DNA from: a bacterium
GTDB taxonomy: Bacteria; Zhuqueibacterota; Zhuqueibacteria; Residuimicrobiales; Krinioviventaceae
DNA: 64,000 nt
Assembly: GCA_963693055.1 (NCBI GenBank)
Contig: OY843751.1
Span: 5,696,001-5,760,000, forward strand
Reading direction: 5' to 3'
Both the position numbers and the translations under genes were made by a program. Below are positions 30,412 through 40,408 of the stretch, one piece after another; position 1 is the stretch's first letter, and every line of letters begins with the position of its first letter. The notes below the pieces were generated by a model, which did no database searches, was not told where the DNA came from, and saw only the letters and a list, made by a program, of their open reading frames with translations.

Positions 30412-30963
30412 TTAAAAGGGCGTCCATTCAACACCTATACTCATCATCCCCCAATCGGGATTTACCATCAATCCATAAGCCTCAACTCCAATCAAATATC
30501 GATTGTAAAAATTAACAGTAGGAGAAAATTTGTATTTGAGCATTATTGAACCCACTCCGGCGGCATGATAAAAAAAGGATTTATTACCCCCTCCATCAAG
30601 GTCATATTTTTCAAATTGACCTGTTCCCGCACCGGTGTAAAATTCAAATTTTTCACCCGCATACCATTGATAAGACAAGAGCATAACAACGGACTTGTTA
30701 CCAAAATACCAGCCATCTGTAATTAAACCACCCCCATACTGTTGTTCAAAAGTATAATTCCCGTCAACGCCATCCCACCACCACCACGAGATATCACACA
30801 GCAGCTTTTGCTCAATTGGCAAGGACACATTCAAATGATAACAGGATCCCAACCCGATATTCTCCACCCCGCTGAAACCGGTTCCAAATCCAATACCTAA
30901 CGAAAAAACATTTACCGTTAATCCAAATACCAGTACTGCCAGAATACGACCAGACTTTTTCAT
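30412..30963 (-). CDS. Small outer-membrane beta-barrel protein, unknown function
   Basis: Signal peptide, Gly/aromatic alternating strands, C-terminal Phe (GVEWTPF). Confidence 0.55.
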   Translation of the reverse strand: MKKSGRILAVLVFGLTVNVFSLGIGFGTGFSGVENIGLGSCYHLNVSLPIEQKLLCDISWWWWDGVDGNYTFEQQYGGGLITDGWYFGNKSVVMLLSYQWYAGEKFEFYTGAGTGQFEKYDLDGGGNKSFFYHAAGVGSIMLKYKFSPTVNFYNRYLIGVEAYGLMVNPDWGMMSIGVEWTPF

Positions 30964-31008
30964 AATACACCCCTCTTTTTTTTTATGAATGGATTCTGCT
31001 ACGATATA

Positions 31009-31812
31009 TTAAAACGCTACATACAATCCAGCATCCAACATCAATCGGGTATTGCGTACAAATTTATCATTGTCTGATGAATGGATCCAGTCAAGCCCTA
31101 CTGTTGCCCACAAGCCATTAACCAACTTGCGGTCCACATTTACACGGGTTGCATAGATATAGCTGTCAAATGACTGCTTGTTATCCTCGTCATCATCAAT
31201 AATATATTCACTGCTCAGCGTTGGATAGTACATGAACATCATACGTAATGAATATCTGCGATTAATCATATTATTGGTTTTAATTCCTATACCCACACCA
31301 TTGCCGGTCATGTTGAACACAGCCTGCTTTAAAAGTGCGCTGCCTTCGCCAGCATCAGCAGGTTCAGCATCATATCGCATATTCAAATAGGTAGCTGTTA
31401 AAGCCAAAGATTCCTGAATATACCAGTCTAATGCAATCTCGGTATTGCCGGTTGTACCCTCAACATCACCAAAAGACTTGCCGGATTTAAACTCCATTTC
31501 GGTTTTCGATGCGGCACCAACCGAATCAAACAGCTTGTTGCCAAATTCGGAAAAGCCAATGCCTACACGCGAGTACTTGATATATACCCATGGTTTAAAC
31601 ATATAGGTGGGACTGAAATTCTGTTCGGGATTCACATCCGAACCGCTAAAAGGATTGCCTTCCCATTCTACAAGGGCTTCAGGATTATGATTAAACATGC
31701 CGAATTCATAATCAAGTCCCGCGCGTAACTCTAAATTTTCCAAAATCGGTAATCCCTGCGCAAACGACAGCGAAGAGATAAACACCAGTACAAATACAAA
31801 TTTTGTTTTCAT
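31009..31812 (-). CDS. Outer-membrane beta-barrel protein, paralog 1 of a three-member unknown family
   Basis: FAQGLPIL...WEGNPFSGSDVNPEQ...KPW matches 41987 and 42798; C-terminal GLYVAF. Confidence 0.7.
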   Translation of the reverse strand: MKTKFVFVLVFISSLSFAQGLPILENLELRAGLDYEFGMFNHNPEALVEWEGNPFSGSDVNPEQNFSPTYMFKPWVYIKYSRVGIGFSEFGNKLFDSVGAASKTEMEFKSGKSFGDVEGTTGNTEIALDWYIQESLALTATYLNMRYDAEPADAGEGSALLKQAVFNMTGNGVGIGIKTNNMINRRYSLRMMFMYYPTLSSEYIIDDDEDNKQSFDSYIYATRVNVDRKLVNGLWATVGLDWIHSSDNDKFVRNTRLMLDAGLYVAF

Positions 31813-31905
31813 GATACCCCTCATGATTAAGTTATTTTATTCATAATTTAATGATTATCTTGAAAAATAAAACAATCTTTTTTTAGGGGGTATTCGCTGA
31901 ACTAT

Positions 31906-32368
31906 TTATATGATTTCTTGAAAAACATACTTTTCGTTAAAAGGGATACAAAATAATTTAAAAAAATTGAATATATTCCTGATGAAAAGATGATTTTGTA
32001 TGGTGGTACTGCTGATTGTTTATTTAGTTTGTTACATCATTAATTTGTGAACGGGAATAGGAAAAAGCGCCATAAACTGATTGCCAATTGAAATTCCCTT
32101 TCAAAAAATCTTTTTCATTAATCCATATAGATGAAGAACCTTTGATATCTTGAAGCATATTCGGTATTTTTTGATTTGGATTATATCCAAGCAACAGGTG
32201 TAAATGATCGGGCATCCCATTGATGGCTATCAATTTGTGTCTTTGATTTTGCACAATTCCTGAAATATATTTGTATAATTCATCTTTCCAGGAATCCTGA
32301 ATTAGTGACATCCGGTTTTGTACGGCAAAAACCAATTGCAGATAAATCTGAGTAAACGTATTGGCCAT
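31906..32368 (-). pseudogene. tnpA: IS200/IS605-type (RAYT-like) Y1 transposase, inactivated
   Basis: MANTFTQIY...MPDHLHLL (HUH)...WQSVYGAFS. The codon expected for the catalytic Tyr is TAA (DVTN*INNQQYHH), and there is a further frameshift in the A7 run at 31960-31966. Confidence 0.85.
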
Positions 32369-32420
32369 AATTAATACCCCCATATAATTTTTATCAAACA
32401 CCAGGAATTTTAATAATTTC

Positions 32421-32668
32421 TATCGCGTCCCCATGGGACGCAGATTTGGTTTTCCGGCATAGGCTACAAATATCCGGTCCCTGCGGGACCGCTGTCAAAC
32501 GATTCCGGTTTAAAGTATTCTAGCAAAGAAACGGATTGATTCCGTAATTCAATCTAAATCCACATTGTGAGCTCTTTGATCCTTCCATCAATCCAAAGGT
32601 CCCGTCAGGGACCCAATATCTGTAGAAACCATGACAACCAGAAACAGGCATCCCGTAGGGATGCGATA
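32421..32668. repeat. REPIN-like element, copy 1 (about 247 bp)
   Basis: Inverted arms with four hairpins: GCGTCCCCATGGGACGC, GGTCCCTGCGGGACC, GGTCCCGTCAGGGACC, GCATCCCGTAGGGATGC. CTAC/GTAG tetranucleotides are present. Confidence 0.85.
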
Positions 32669-32745
32669 GTAAACCTATAATAATTCATAAAAATCTGAAT
32701 ATTACAAACATATATATAATATTTTGAAATCCTTTATTATTTCCT

Positions 32746-32991
32746 TCGCGTCCCCATGGGACGCAGATTTGGTTTTCCGGCATGGGCTACAAATACCTGG
32801 TCCCTGCGGGACCGCTGTCAAACGATTCCGGTTTAAAGTATTCTAGCAAAGAAGCGGATTGATTCCGTAATTCAATCTAAATCCACATTGTGAGCTCTTT
32901 GATCCTTCCATCAATCCAAAGGTCCCGTCAGGGACCCAATATCTGTAGAAACCATGACAACCAGGAACAGGCATCCCGTAGGGATGCGATA
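32746..32991. repeat. REPIN-like element, copy 2 (near-identical direct repeat of copy 1)
   Basis: Same sequence as 32423-32668 with only a few substitutions. Confidence 0.85.
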
Positions 32992-33036
32992 TGAAATATG
33001 TCCCCTGTTATATGCTCCACCAATATTTCAAGATTT

Positions 33037-34113
33037 TTATAAAGCCTTTTCCGGGAACAATATCCTGAATTCCAGGCCCGATTGATCTGAAGAATAATTC
33101 AGAGTTCCCCGTATCTGTTCAACCAAAGATAAAATGATTTGCATCCCCAATGAATTCGATTTTTTAATATCGAATCCCGGTGGAAAGCCACCCCCATTGT
33201 CCTTGATTACAAATTCAATTTTTCCACTGTCTGCTGATTCTAAATGAATATCCAATATACCTTCTTTATGATCTGTAAATGCGTATTTAAACGCATTTGT
33301 TACCAATTCTGTAACAATTAATGCAAAGGGTACCAGAATATGAACATCCAAAAGAAAATCCTTAATACTGCAATCAATCTTTACTTTTTTAATATCTTGG
33401 GCAAAATTTTGTGCCAAATCACGAACCAATTTACATATATAATTTGACACGGGTATCATTTGTATTTCCCCGCCATAAGCAAGCATATTATGAATATCAG
33501 AAATAGACCTTACACGTCCCGCGCATTCTTTTAATACCATGCGAGAATGCTCATCCTTTAAATTGTGGTACTGGAGTTGAAGTAAACCCTGGACCATATT
33601 GAGATTATTTTTAATACGATGGTTCATTTCTTTCATTAACAATTGATTTGTCTCAAGTGCTGCAGTTTTTTCCTTTATGGCTTTTTCAAGCCGGGCTAAA
33701 AGATTTTCCTTCTCCCTTTCAATTCTTTTACGCTCTGTTATATCATGAATAATGGAATGTAATACTTTTTGCCCTTCCAGATCAATGGGGCAACTATAGA
33801 CTTCTACATCCCTAATTTCTCCATTTGCCAGTCTGTGTTGAAAAAGAAAATAATTTCGATGATCTACTTTGGCTTCATGCATCTCGTTTTGTATTTCTTT
33901 AGGAGAAAGTATGTTGATATCCATAATTGACATACTGCACAAAACATCTTTACTATATTTGTAAAAGTCGCAAGCAGACTGGTTTACATCAATAATTTCA
34001 CCTGTCTCAGGCTGAATGATTAGCATTATAGAATGGTTGTTTATAAACAAACTTTTATACAGTTCCCCGGCTTCATCAAATCGATGCGATATTTTTTCAA
34101 GTATATTTTTCAT
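33037..34113 (-). CDS. PAS-domain sensor histidine kinase (HisKA_2/HWE-like)
   Basis: PAS ending HDITERK; EMNHRIKNNL; ELVTNAFKYAF; DNGGG; SLGMQII. Confidence 0.9.
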   Translation of the reverse strand: MKNILEKISHRFDEAGELYKSLFINNHSIMLIIQPETGEIIDVNQSACDFYKYSKDVLCSMSIMDINILSPKEIQNEMHEAKVDHRNYFLFQHRLANGEIRDVEVYSCPIDLEGQKVLHSIIHDITERKRIEREKENLLARLEKAIKEKTAALETNQLLMKEMNHRIKNNLNMVQGLLQLQYHNLKDEHSRMVLKECAGRVRSISDIHNMLAYGGEIQMIPVSNYICKLVRDLAQNFAQDIKKVKIDCSIKDFLLDVHILVPFALIVTELVTNAFKYAFTDHKEGILDIHLESADSGKIEFVIKDNGGGFPPGFDIKKSNSLGMQIILSLVEQIRGTLNYSSDQSGLEFRILFPEKAL

Positions 34114-34324
34114 TTTATTCTTTCATTAATAAAAGTCTAAATTATTATAATAAAGATTTAAATTCAAGTCAATTCCTTTATAATCAAGATTTAGAATACA
34201 TGATTTGTTTTAATTAAAATGCATCCGCCAGATTTTCCTCCTTTCTCATTTTCTGCTTGAATCTTGCCTGATATTTAATTATAATAAATTAAATTACCCC
34301 ATATCCGCATTTGAGAGGAGCATC

Positions 34325-35584
34325 ATGATCCGTATTATATATCGCATAATTTTAATACTGTGCTTGCCTGTATTTATATACGCGCAAACCCTTGCCGTTA
34401 TCCAAGTAAATGCAAAATCAAAATCCCATAGCAACACACCCGTCAGCATTTCACTGGACAATCTGCCGGTACCGCTGGATGCGTATCGACTCAAACTCGT
34501 CGAAAAAACCAAATCCGGCAAAATCAATGTACCCTGTCAGGTGGAAGCAGCGCAAACGCCCCGACTATGGTGGATTTTGGATAACCCATCCACCTCAAAG
34601 TCCCGTACATACGAATTGATCTATACGGATTCATCCTATACCGCCCCTTCTCTAATGTGCAAAAAAACAGATACCGATCTGATATTGCAGCAGAACGGCA
34701 CTCCTGTTCTCAGCTATCGCCATGCTGTACAACCCGCTCCCCCGGGCGTGGACCCCTTGTACAACCGAAGCGGATTTATTCATCCTTTATGGACACCCAA
34801 CGGACAGGAACTGACCCGCATTCAACCCCCGGACCATTATCACCATGTGGGCATCTGGAACCCCTGGACCAAAACCCATATTGAGGGACGTGAAGTGGAT
34901 TTCTGGAACCTGGGCAAAGGGTTGGGAACCGTGCGTTTTGCCGGTGTTCTTTCTACTACCGATGGTTCTGTCTATACCGGATTCAAAGTCCGGCAGGAAC
35001 ATGTGGATCTGAAAGCAGAGACAGGCCCCGAGGTTGCCATAAATGAAGTGTGGGATGTGCGCGCCTGGAACATTTCGCCCGACAATAATGTCTGGCTCTG
35101 GGACATGTCAACCGTGCTCAATTGTACGGGCAAACCTGTCGAGTTGACAGCCTACCGTTATGGTGGTGGAATTGGATACCGCGCACTGGAATACTGGACC
35201 AAAGACAATTGTACCGTGCTCACCTCTGAGGGTAAAGACCGCGCGGAAGCAGACGGCACCAGTGCTCGCTGGTGCAACGTAAATGGAGAAATGCCACAGA
35301 GCGGTAAATCCGGCATCTTGTTCATGAGCCATCCCACCAACCGCGAACACCCCGAGCCCATGCGCGTATGGCCGCTCAATGCAAATGGTGACCGCGGTGA
35401 TATGTATTTTGAATTCTGCCCCATTCGTCATAAAACCTGGAACCTGGTTCCCGGTAATACCTATGGATTAAAATATAGAATGCTTGTATACGACGGTACA
35501 ATTACCGCGGAACAGGCAGAACAATACTGGCAGGATTTTGCCAATCCTCCGAAAATTACTGTGGACTGGAAACAATTTCAATAA
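34325..35584 (+). CDS. Secreted DUF6807 ('PmoA family') protein
   Basis: RSGFIHPL.TP.G..LT...P.DHYHH.GIW and YGGGIGYR. Confidence 0.75.
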   Translation: MIRIIYRIILILCLPVFIYAQTLAVIQVNAKSKSHSNTPVSISLDNLPVPLDAYRLKLVEKTKSGKINVPCQVEAAQTPRLWWILDNPSTSKSRTYELIYTDSSYTAPSLMCKKTDTDLILQQNGTPVLSYRHAVQPAPPGVDPLYNRSGFIHPLWTPNGQELTRIQPPDHYHHVGIWNPWTKTHIEGREVDFWNLGKGLGTVRFAGVLSTTDGSVYTGFKVRQEHVDLKAETGPEVAINEVWDVRAWNISPDNNVWLWDMSTVLNCTGKPVELTAYRYGGGIGYRALEYWTKDNCTVLTSEGKDRAEADGTSARWCNVNGEMPQSGKSGILFMSHPTNREHPEPMRVWPLNANGDRGDMYFEFCPIRHKTWNLVPGNTYGLKYRMLVYDGTITAEQAEQYWQDFANPPKITVDWKQFQ

Positions 35585-35596
35585 CAGGAGAACAAA

Positions 35597-36346
35597 ATGT
35601 CAAAACTATTTACCGCATTACTTACCATCTGCATAGTGCTGGGATTATACATATCTGCCAGTTCGCAGGTTCTGATTTATACCAAAAACGGCAAAGACGG
35701 TTATATTCACGACAATATAGATGCCAGCGTTAAAGCCCTGCAGAAACTGTGCAAACAGAACAACCTCACGTCTGATGTCAGTGACGATCCCGCTGTTTTT
35801 ACTGACGAAAACCTGAAAAAATACAAAACCCTTGTATTCTCCAACTCGAACAATGAAGGCTTTGATACGGATGAACAACGTCAGGCATTTGTTAGATTCA
35901 TTCGCAATGGTGGCGGATTTATGGGAATCCATTCCGCGTGCGCGTCCGAACGTGACTGGCCCTGGTTTCATGAAATGGTAGGCGGACTTTTTGTACGTCA
36001 CCCCAAGTTACAGTCTTTTGATATTAAAATTGTAGATGCAGACCATCCCTCAACTTATTTTCTGCCTGATCCCTGGAAATGGGAAGACGAGTGCTATTAC
36101 ATACATCACCTCAATCCCGATATTCATGTATTGCTGGCAGCCGACCTTACCACCATCACAGATGATAAACGCAGCGAATACCCGGGCGAAACCTGGGGCG
36201 ATTATATCCCTATTGCCTGGTGCCACGAGTTTGACGGCGGACGCCAGTTCTTTACCGCGTTAGGACACAAGATCGAATACTATGACGATCCCCTGTTTTT
36301 GAAACATCTTGAAGCAGGCATGTTGTGGAGCATGAAAAAAAAATAA
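35597..36346 (+). CDS. ThuA (trehalose utilisation) domain protein
   Basis: GGGFMGIHSA, WEDECY and GGRQFFTALGH. Confidence 0.88.
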   Translation: MSKLFTALLTICIVLGLYISASSQVLIYTKNGKDGYIHDNIDASVKALQKLCKQNNLTSDVSDDPAVFTDENLKKYKTLVFSNSNNEGFDTDEQRQAFVRFIRNGGGFMGIHSACASERDWPWFHEMVGGLFVRHPKLQSFDIKIVDADHPSTYFLPDPWKWEDECYYIHHLNPDIHVLLAADLTTITDDKRSEYPGETWGDYIPIAWCHEFDGGRQFFTALGHKIEYYDDPLFLKHLEAGMLWSMKKK

Positions 36347-36382
36347 TTAGAATATTTTAAATAAAGAGATTGGGAAGTAAAA

Positions 36383-37762
36383 ATGAAAAATATCAACAGA
36401 CGTAATTTTATCAAAACCACATTATCAAGCGCAGCCGTGATTGGTGCGCCCATGATCGTACCCGCAAAGGTATTCGGCAAAAACGCACCCAGCAATACCA
36501 TTAACGTGGGTCAAATTGGCTGCGGTCGTATTGCACGCGGACACGACATGCCCGAAACATTGAAAAACGATTGTGTCAACATTATCGCTGTAAGCGATCT
36601 GGATTCCAAACGCGTACAAGAAGGCAAACAATGGGTCAATGAGTGGTATAAAAAGAACCGCGGTTCCATCCCCGTAAATGTTAAAACCTTTGGCGATTAC
36701 CGTGAGATGCTGCAACTACCCGAACTGGATGCTGTAATCATCAGTACTCCGGACCACTGGCACGCGCAACCCGCCATTGAAGCAGCGCTTGCCGGTAAAG
36801 ACATCTATTTGCAAAAACCTGCTTCTCTTACCATTACAGAAGGCCGTCTGATGAGTGATGTCATCCATCGCACCGGACGTATTTTACAAATCGGCAGTCA
36901 ACAGCGTTCCATGCCCCAGTTCCGCATTGCCGCCGAGCTGGTGCGTAATGGCTATATCGGTAATATCAAGAATGTGATCATTGGTCTGCCTTATGATCCC
37001 GCCGGCGATGTAGAACCGGAAATGCCCATTCCTGCTAATCTCAATTATGACATGTGGCTGGGCGAAACTCCCTGGCGCTATTACACCGAAAAAGGCGTTC
37101 ATCCCCAGGATGGCTATTCACGTCCCGGTTGGCTGCGCTGTGAACAGTTTGGTGCCGGCATGATCACCGGTTGGGGCGCACACCATCTCGATTCCATGAA
37201 CTGGGGACTCGGTACCGAGTATACTGGTCCGGTAATGGTAGAAGCTGACGCAGAATTTCCAAAATCCGGATTGTGGGACGTGCACGGCGCGTTTCTGGTA
37301 AACGGACAGTTTGAAAGCGGCACCACCTTTCAGGTCAGTGACAAGTTCCCCAATGGTGTTAAATTTGAGGGCGACGAAGGCTGGATCTTTGTCACCCGCG
37401 GTAACTATGCGGCAACTGACAGTGACCCCGTAAAACAAAAAGACAACGCCAAAGCGCTCGATGCCAGTGATCCCAAAATCCTGCAAACCCAGCTCAAAGA
37501 TACCGATGTGCATTTGACAGTGAGCGATGAACAGCATAAAAACTGGATTGAAAGCATCAAAAGCCGTAAACAACCTATTGCTCCCGCCGAAGTGGGACAC
37601 CGTGCCTGTACCGGCTGTCTTATCAGCCATATCGCAATGAAACTGGACCGTAAACTGCATTGGGACCCGGTTAAAGAACGCTTTCATAATGACGACGAAG
37701 CAAACAGCATGCTCAGTCGTCCACAGCGTTACCCCTGGGGCACCGATTACGTGAATATGTAA
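36383..37762 (+). CDS. Tat-exported Gfo/Idh/MocA oxidoreductase
   Basis: NRRNFIK, IGCGRI, STPDHWH, YLQKP, IGSQQRS and WGAHHLD. Confidence 0.92.
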   Translation: MKNINRRNFIKTTLSSAAVIGAPMIVPAKVFGKNAPSNTINVGQIGCGRIARGHDMPETLKNDCVNIIAVSDLDSKRVQEGKQWVNEWYKKNRGSIPVNVKTFGDYREMLQLPELDAVIISTPDHWHAQPAIEAALAGKDIYLQKPASLTITEGRLMSDVIHRTGRILQIGSQQRSMPQFRIAAELVRNGYIGNIKNVIIGLPYDPAGDVEPEMPIPANLNYDMWLGETPWRYYTEKGVHPQDGYSRPGWLRCEQFGAGMITGWGAHHLDSMNWGLGTEYTGPVMVEADAEFPKSGLWDVHGAFLVNGQFESGTTFQVSDKFPNGVKFEGDEGWIFVTRGNYAATDSDPVKQKDNAKALDASDPKILQTQLKDTDVHLTVSDEQHKNWIESIKSRKQPIAPAEVGHRACTGCLISHIAMKLDRKLHWDPVKERFHNDDEANSMLSRPQRYPWGTDYVNM

Positions 37763-37838
37763 TTATCGATCCCTGAGTTTTAGTTCCAGTCCCATTTGGG
37801 CCGAAACTAGAGTATAAAAGGGCGCTGTCATGAGCTTG

Positions 37839-38099
37839 TCGAAGGGCCGGTAATTAAACTGATAATTAAGAATAATCCCTCCCAAAGGCTTATATACTTT
37901 GGGAGGGTATTCTAAAAAAAAATGATCACAACAGAGATGAGCAAAATGATCTCTTACGGTTTTAACAAGGGAACAAACATTGGGGCAATCATAATGAAAT
38001 ATTTCAACACAACACTATTCTTATTGGCTATACTTATTCATACCGGCAATTGCTATACCCTGGAAACTCTCCCTGCCGATTCCGCAACAGTGGACAGTG
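37839..38099 (+). repeat. 260-bp direct repeat, copy 1 (upstream region plus 5' end of a secreted-protein gene)
   Basis: Matches 40149-40408 with about 4 substitutions and 1 indel; includes hairpin CCCTCCCAAAG...CTTTGGGAGGG. Confidence 0.92.
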
Positions 38100-38311
38100 A
38101 CTTTACTAAAGTAGCATTGAATACAGGATTAAAAATAAAATACGTTAACGGTCCTTTCACAATCAATTTTTATCCCCAAATGTCTATGTTTCTTTTTGTA
38201 AAACTGAATGTTACCCATTTTACAATACACTTTAACAAATCTATTAGAGCATTCCAGTTAGCAGGATGCGCCTCGGCACATCATCAACAATCAATTATTT
38301 CCATAAAGTGA
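37994..38311 (+). pseudogene. Truncated paralog of 40303-41088
   Basis: Identical N-terminus to ...ADSATVDS, then diverged homology (VNGP), then an early stop. Confidence 0.65.
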
Positions 38312-38766
38312 TAAAAAAAAGATTCACCACTGAGTTCCTGAGAGTACAGAGGAAAAAAGCGAATGAACAACGGATGCACGCAGAACATCAGCGGAGTGTT
38401 CTCTGTCACGAATAGAACGGAGAGCAAGATAGCACAGACATTATGACCGGGTTTTACTCTGTTTTTCAAGATTCTCGGACACGAGACCCGGGTTACCAAC
38501 TATGGCGGCAAGGTACATATTGGGTTAGGATGAAATAGGTTTCGCTTTAGAACAACTATTTTTTACCCGTATCAGCAAAGACGGTCTCTGGGCGGCCCAT
38601 AAAAAGGTACTTAAACAAATGTATATTTCTGCAAGGCCTGATAACCATATGGATTTTTTAAATAAATACAAACAATAGGAACTAAAGTCCTCGAAGTAGA
38701 TAGCAACACGGACTGGTCACATTCCCTCATCTCTGTGTGTCCTAAATCTACCTCGACAGCAATATT

Positions 38767-38806
38767 AAAAAAAGCCCGTTCGCATATTGGAAGACGGGCT
38801 TTTTTT
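38767..38806 (-). terminator. Rho-independent terminator
   Basis: A7-GCCCGT...ACGGGC-T7 directly downstream of 38818-39954. Confidence 0.75.
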
Positions 38807-38817
38807 AATCAAATCTA

Positions 38818-39954
38818 TTAACGCAGCATGAGCACTTTTTGTGTTTTAACAGTGTTTCCAGCTTTGAGCACAATAAAATATGTACCACTTGGAACTGTTA
38901 TTCCTGTATTATCACTGCCATTCCAATCAAGATTATAAGTACCAGCGGTTCTATACTCGTTTACAAGCGTCTTGACAACCTGTCCATTTACATTGTAAAT
39001 AGTAAGATTCAAATCACTATCAGCCTGCAGATCAAAAGTTATTCGAGTTTGCGGATTAAAGGGATTGGGATACAAAGATTTCAAAGAGGTTTGGTTTGGC
39101 AAACTGGTAACATATTTATCTACTGAATTATTAATTGTCACACTGCCATCAATTGAAACATCAGACAATCGATAGGTATAACTGCCCTCTTTTACATCTT
39201 GATCTGTAACTGTATAATGTCGGGATGTTGTTGAATTACCCTGGCCTGCAAGTGCGGAATCAGTCAGATAGTCTGCAATTTTTGTCCATTCACCAGCCTT
39301 GGAGATTTTGCGTTCAACGATAAACCCTAAATGGTCAATTTCACTTTCTGTGGTCCATTTAATGATTACATCACGTCCGATTTGTTTTGCGGTTAAAGAA
39401 GTTAGTTCTACCGGCAAAGAACCATCTGCTTCCATCATTTCTACTTCTTCAAAGTCAACAAACTGGTTAGGAACGGCGGATGGCGGTACAGTTCCTGATC
39501 CTGTAACCCAAAAACGGTAATAACGGTAGGCGGTAACATTTACAAAACCGTTATAAGTGTGCCATGTATTAAGAGCAGTTTGTTGGGCAGTTTGTGTATC
39601 CAAATCATCCCAGTCTGCATCATTGTTAGAACCTTGAAATATCCAGTCATCTGGATTATAATGTATGTCATTGCTTGTATAAAAACGGTATTGTATTATT
39701 ACTTTTTCATTACCCTCACCAAAATCATATTTCAGCCAATCAGGGCTGTTTTCCAAATCAGCACCATTTGATCCCCACCTACTGTCGTCGTTGTCTGGAG
39801 AATAGGTATCATCAAAAGCATTAGCTGCTACATTATAAGTATAAGCAGTGGAAGCAGAAGCTGTACCGCCAGTACACACATCACCAGTGTATTGGGCATA
39901 GGCACTAATAGAAAAAATAAGAAACAATGTAATCAGTAACAAACTTTGTTTCAT
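38818..39954 (-). CDS. Secreted discoidin/F5-8-like domain protein with T9SS-type/FlgD-like C-terminal tail
   Basis: ANAFDD...WLKYDFG...PDDWIFQGSNN...AYRYYR; LPVELTSL; YPNPFNP...KVLMLR. Confidence 0.75.
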   Translation of the reverse strand: MKQSLLLITLFLIFSISAYAQYTGDVCTGGTASASTAYTYNVAANAFDDTYSPDNDDSRWGSNGADLENSPDWLKYDFGEGNEKVIIQYRFYTSNDIHYNPDDWIFQGSNNDADWDDLDTQTAQQTALNTWHTYNGFVNVTAYRYYRFWVTGSGTVPPSAVPNQFVDFEEVEMMEADGSLPVELTSLTAKQIGRDVIIKWTTESEIDHLGFIVERKISKAGEWTKIADYLTDSALAGQGNSTTSRHYTVTDQDVKEGSYTYRLSDVSIDGSVTINNSVDKYVTSLPNQTSLKSLYPNPFNPQTRITFDLQADSDLNLTIYNVNGQVVKTLVNEYRTAGTYNLDWNGSDNTGITVPSGTYFIVLKAGNTVKTQKVLMLR

Positions 39955-40006
39955 AAAAACACCTCTTTCTACATTTAATAATTTTTGATTGTATCAAAAA
40001 AAAATG

Positions 40007-40022
40007 AGCAAAATTCATGCCT
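40007..40022 (-). promoter_or_regulatory. Sigma54 promoter for 38818-39954
   Basis: Minus strand AGGCATGAATTTTGCT (GG-N10-GC), about 50 nt upstream of the ATG. Confidence 0.6.
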
Positions 40023-40148
40023 CATAATATTAACTATACAAGAAAAGATTTACAGGAGTTTAAGTTATACACCACAGAGCCGCAAATAGCACAAAAAAAC
40101 ATTAAACCGGATCCCTGAGTGATCCGTCTGTTTTTAAGAGGGATTGTA

Positions 40149-40408
40149 TCGAAGGGCCGGTAATTAAACTGATAATTAAGAATAATCCCTCCCAAAGGCT
40201 TATATACTTTGGGAGGGTATTCTAAAAAAAATGATCACAACAGAGATGAGCGAAATGATCTTTTACGGTTTTAACAAGGGGACAAACATTGGGGCAATCA
40301 CAATGAAATATTTCAACACAACACTATTCTTATTGGCTATACTTATTCATACCGGCAATTGCTATACCCTGGAAACTCTCCCTGCCGATTCCGCAACAGT
40401 GGACAGTG
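40149..40408 (+). repeat. 260-bp direct repeat, copy 2
   Basis: Matches 37839-38099. Confidence 0.92.

Noticed and set aside
28106-31812. Integron cassette array
   Set aside because: No integrase and no recurring attC-like GTTRRRY/RYYYAAC hairpins between the genes.
32024-32026. Programmed readthrough or recoding in tnpA
   Set aside because: The stop is TAA and a separate frameshift follows, so decay is the simpler explanation.
32421-32991. CRISPR array
   Set aside because: Only two long units, with identical internal sequence and no unique spacers; no cas genes. Fits a REPIN.
34325-35584. Particulate methane monooxygenase subunit
   Set aside because: Soluble secreted protein, no pmoB/pmoC, carbohydrate context; the family label is misleading.
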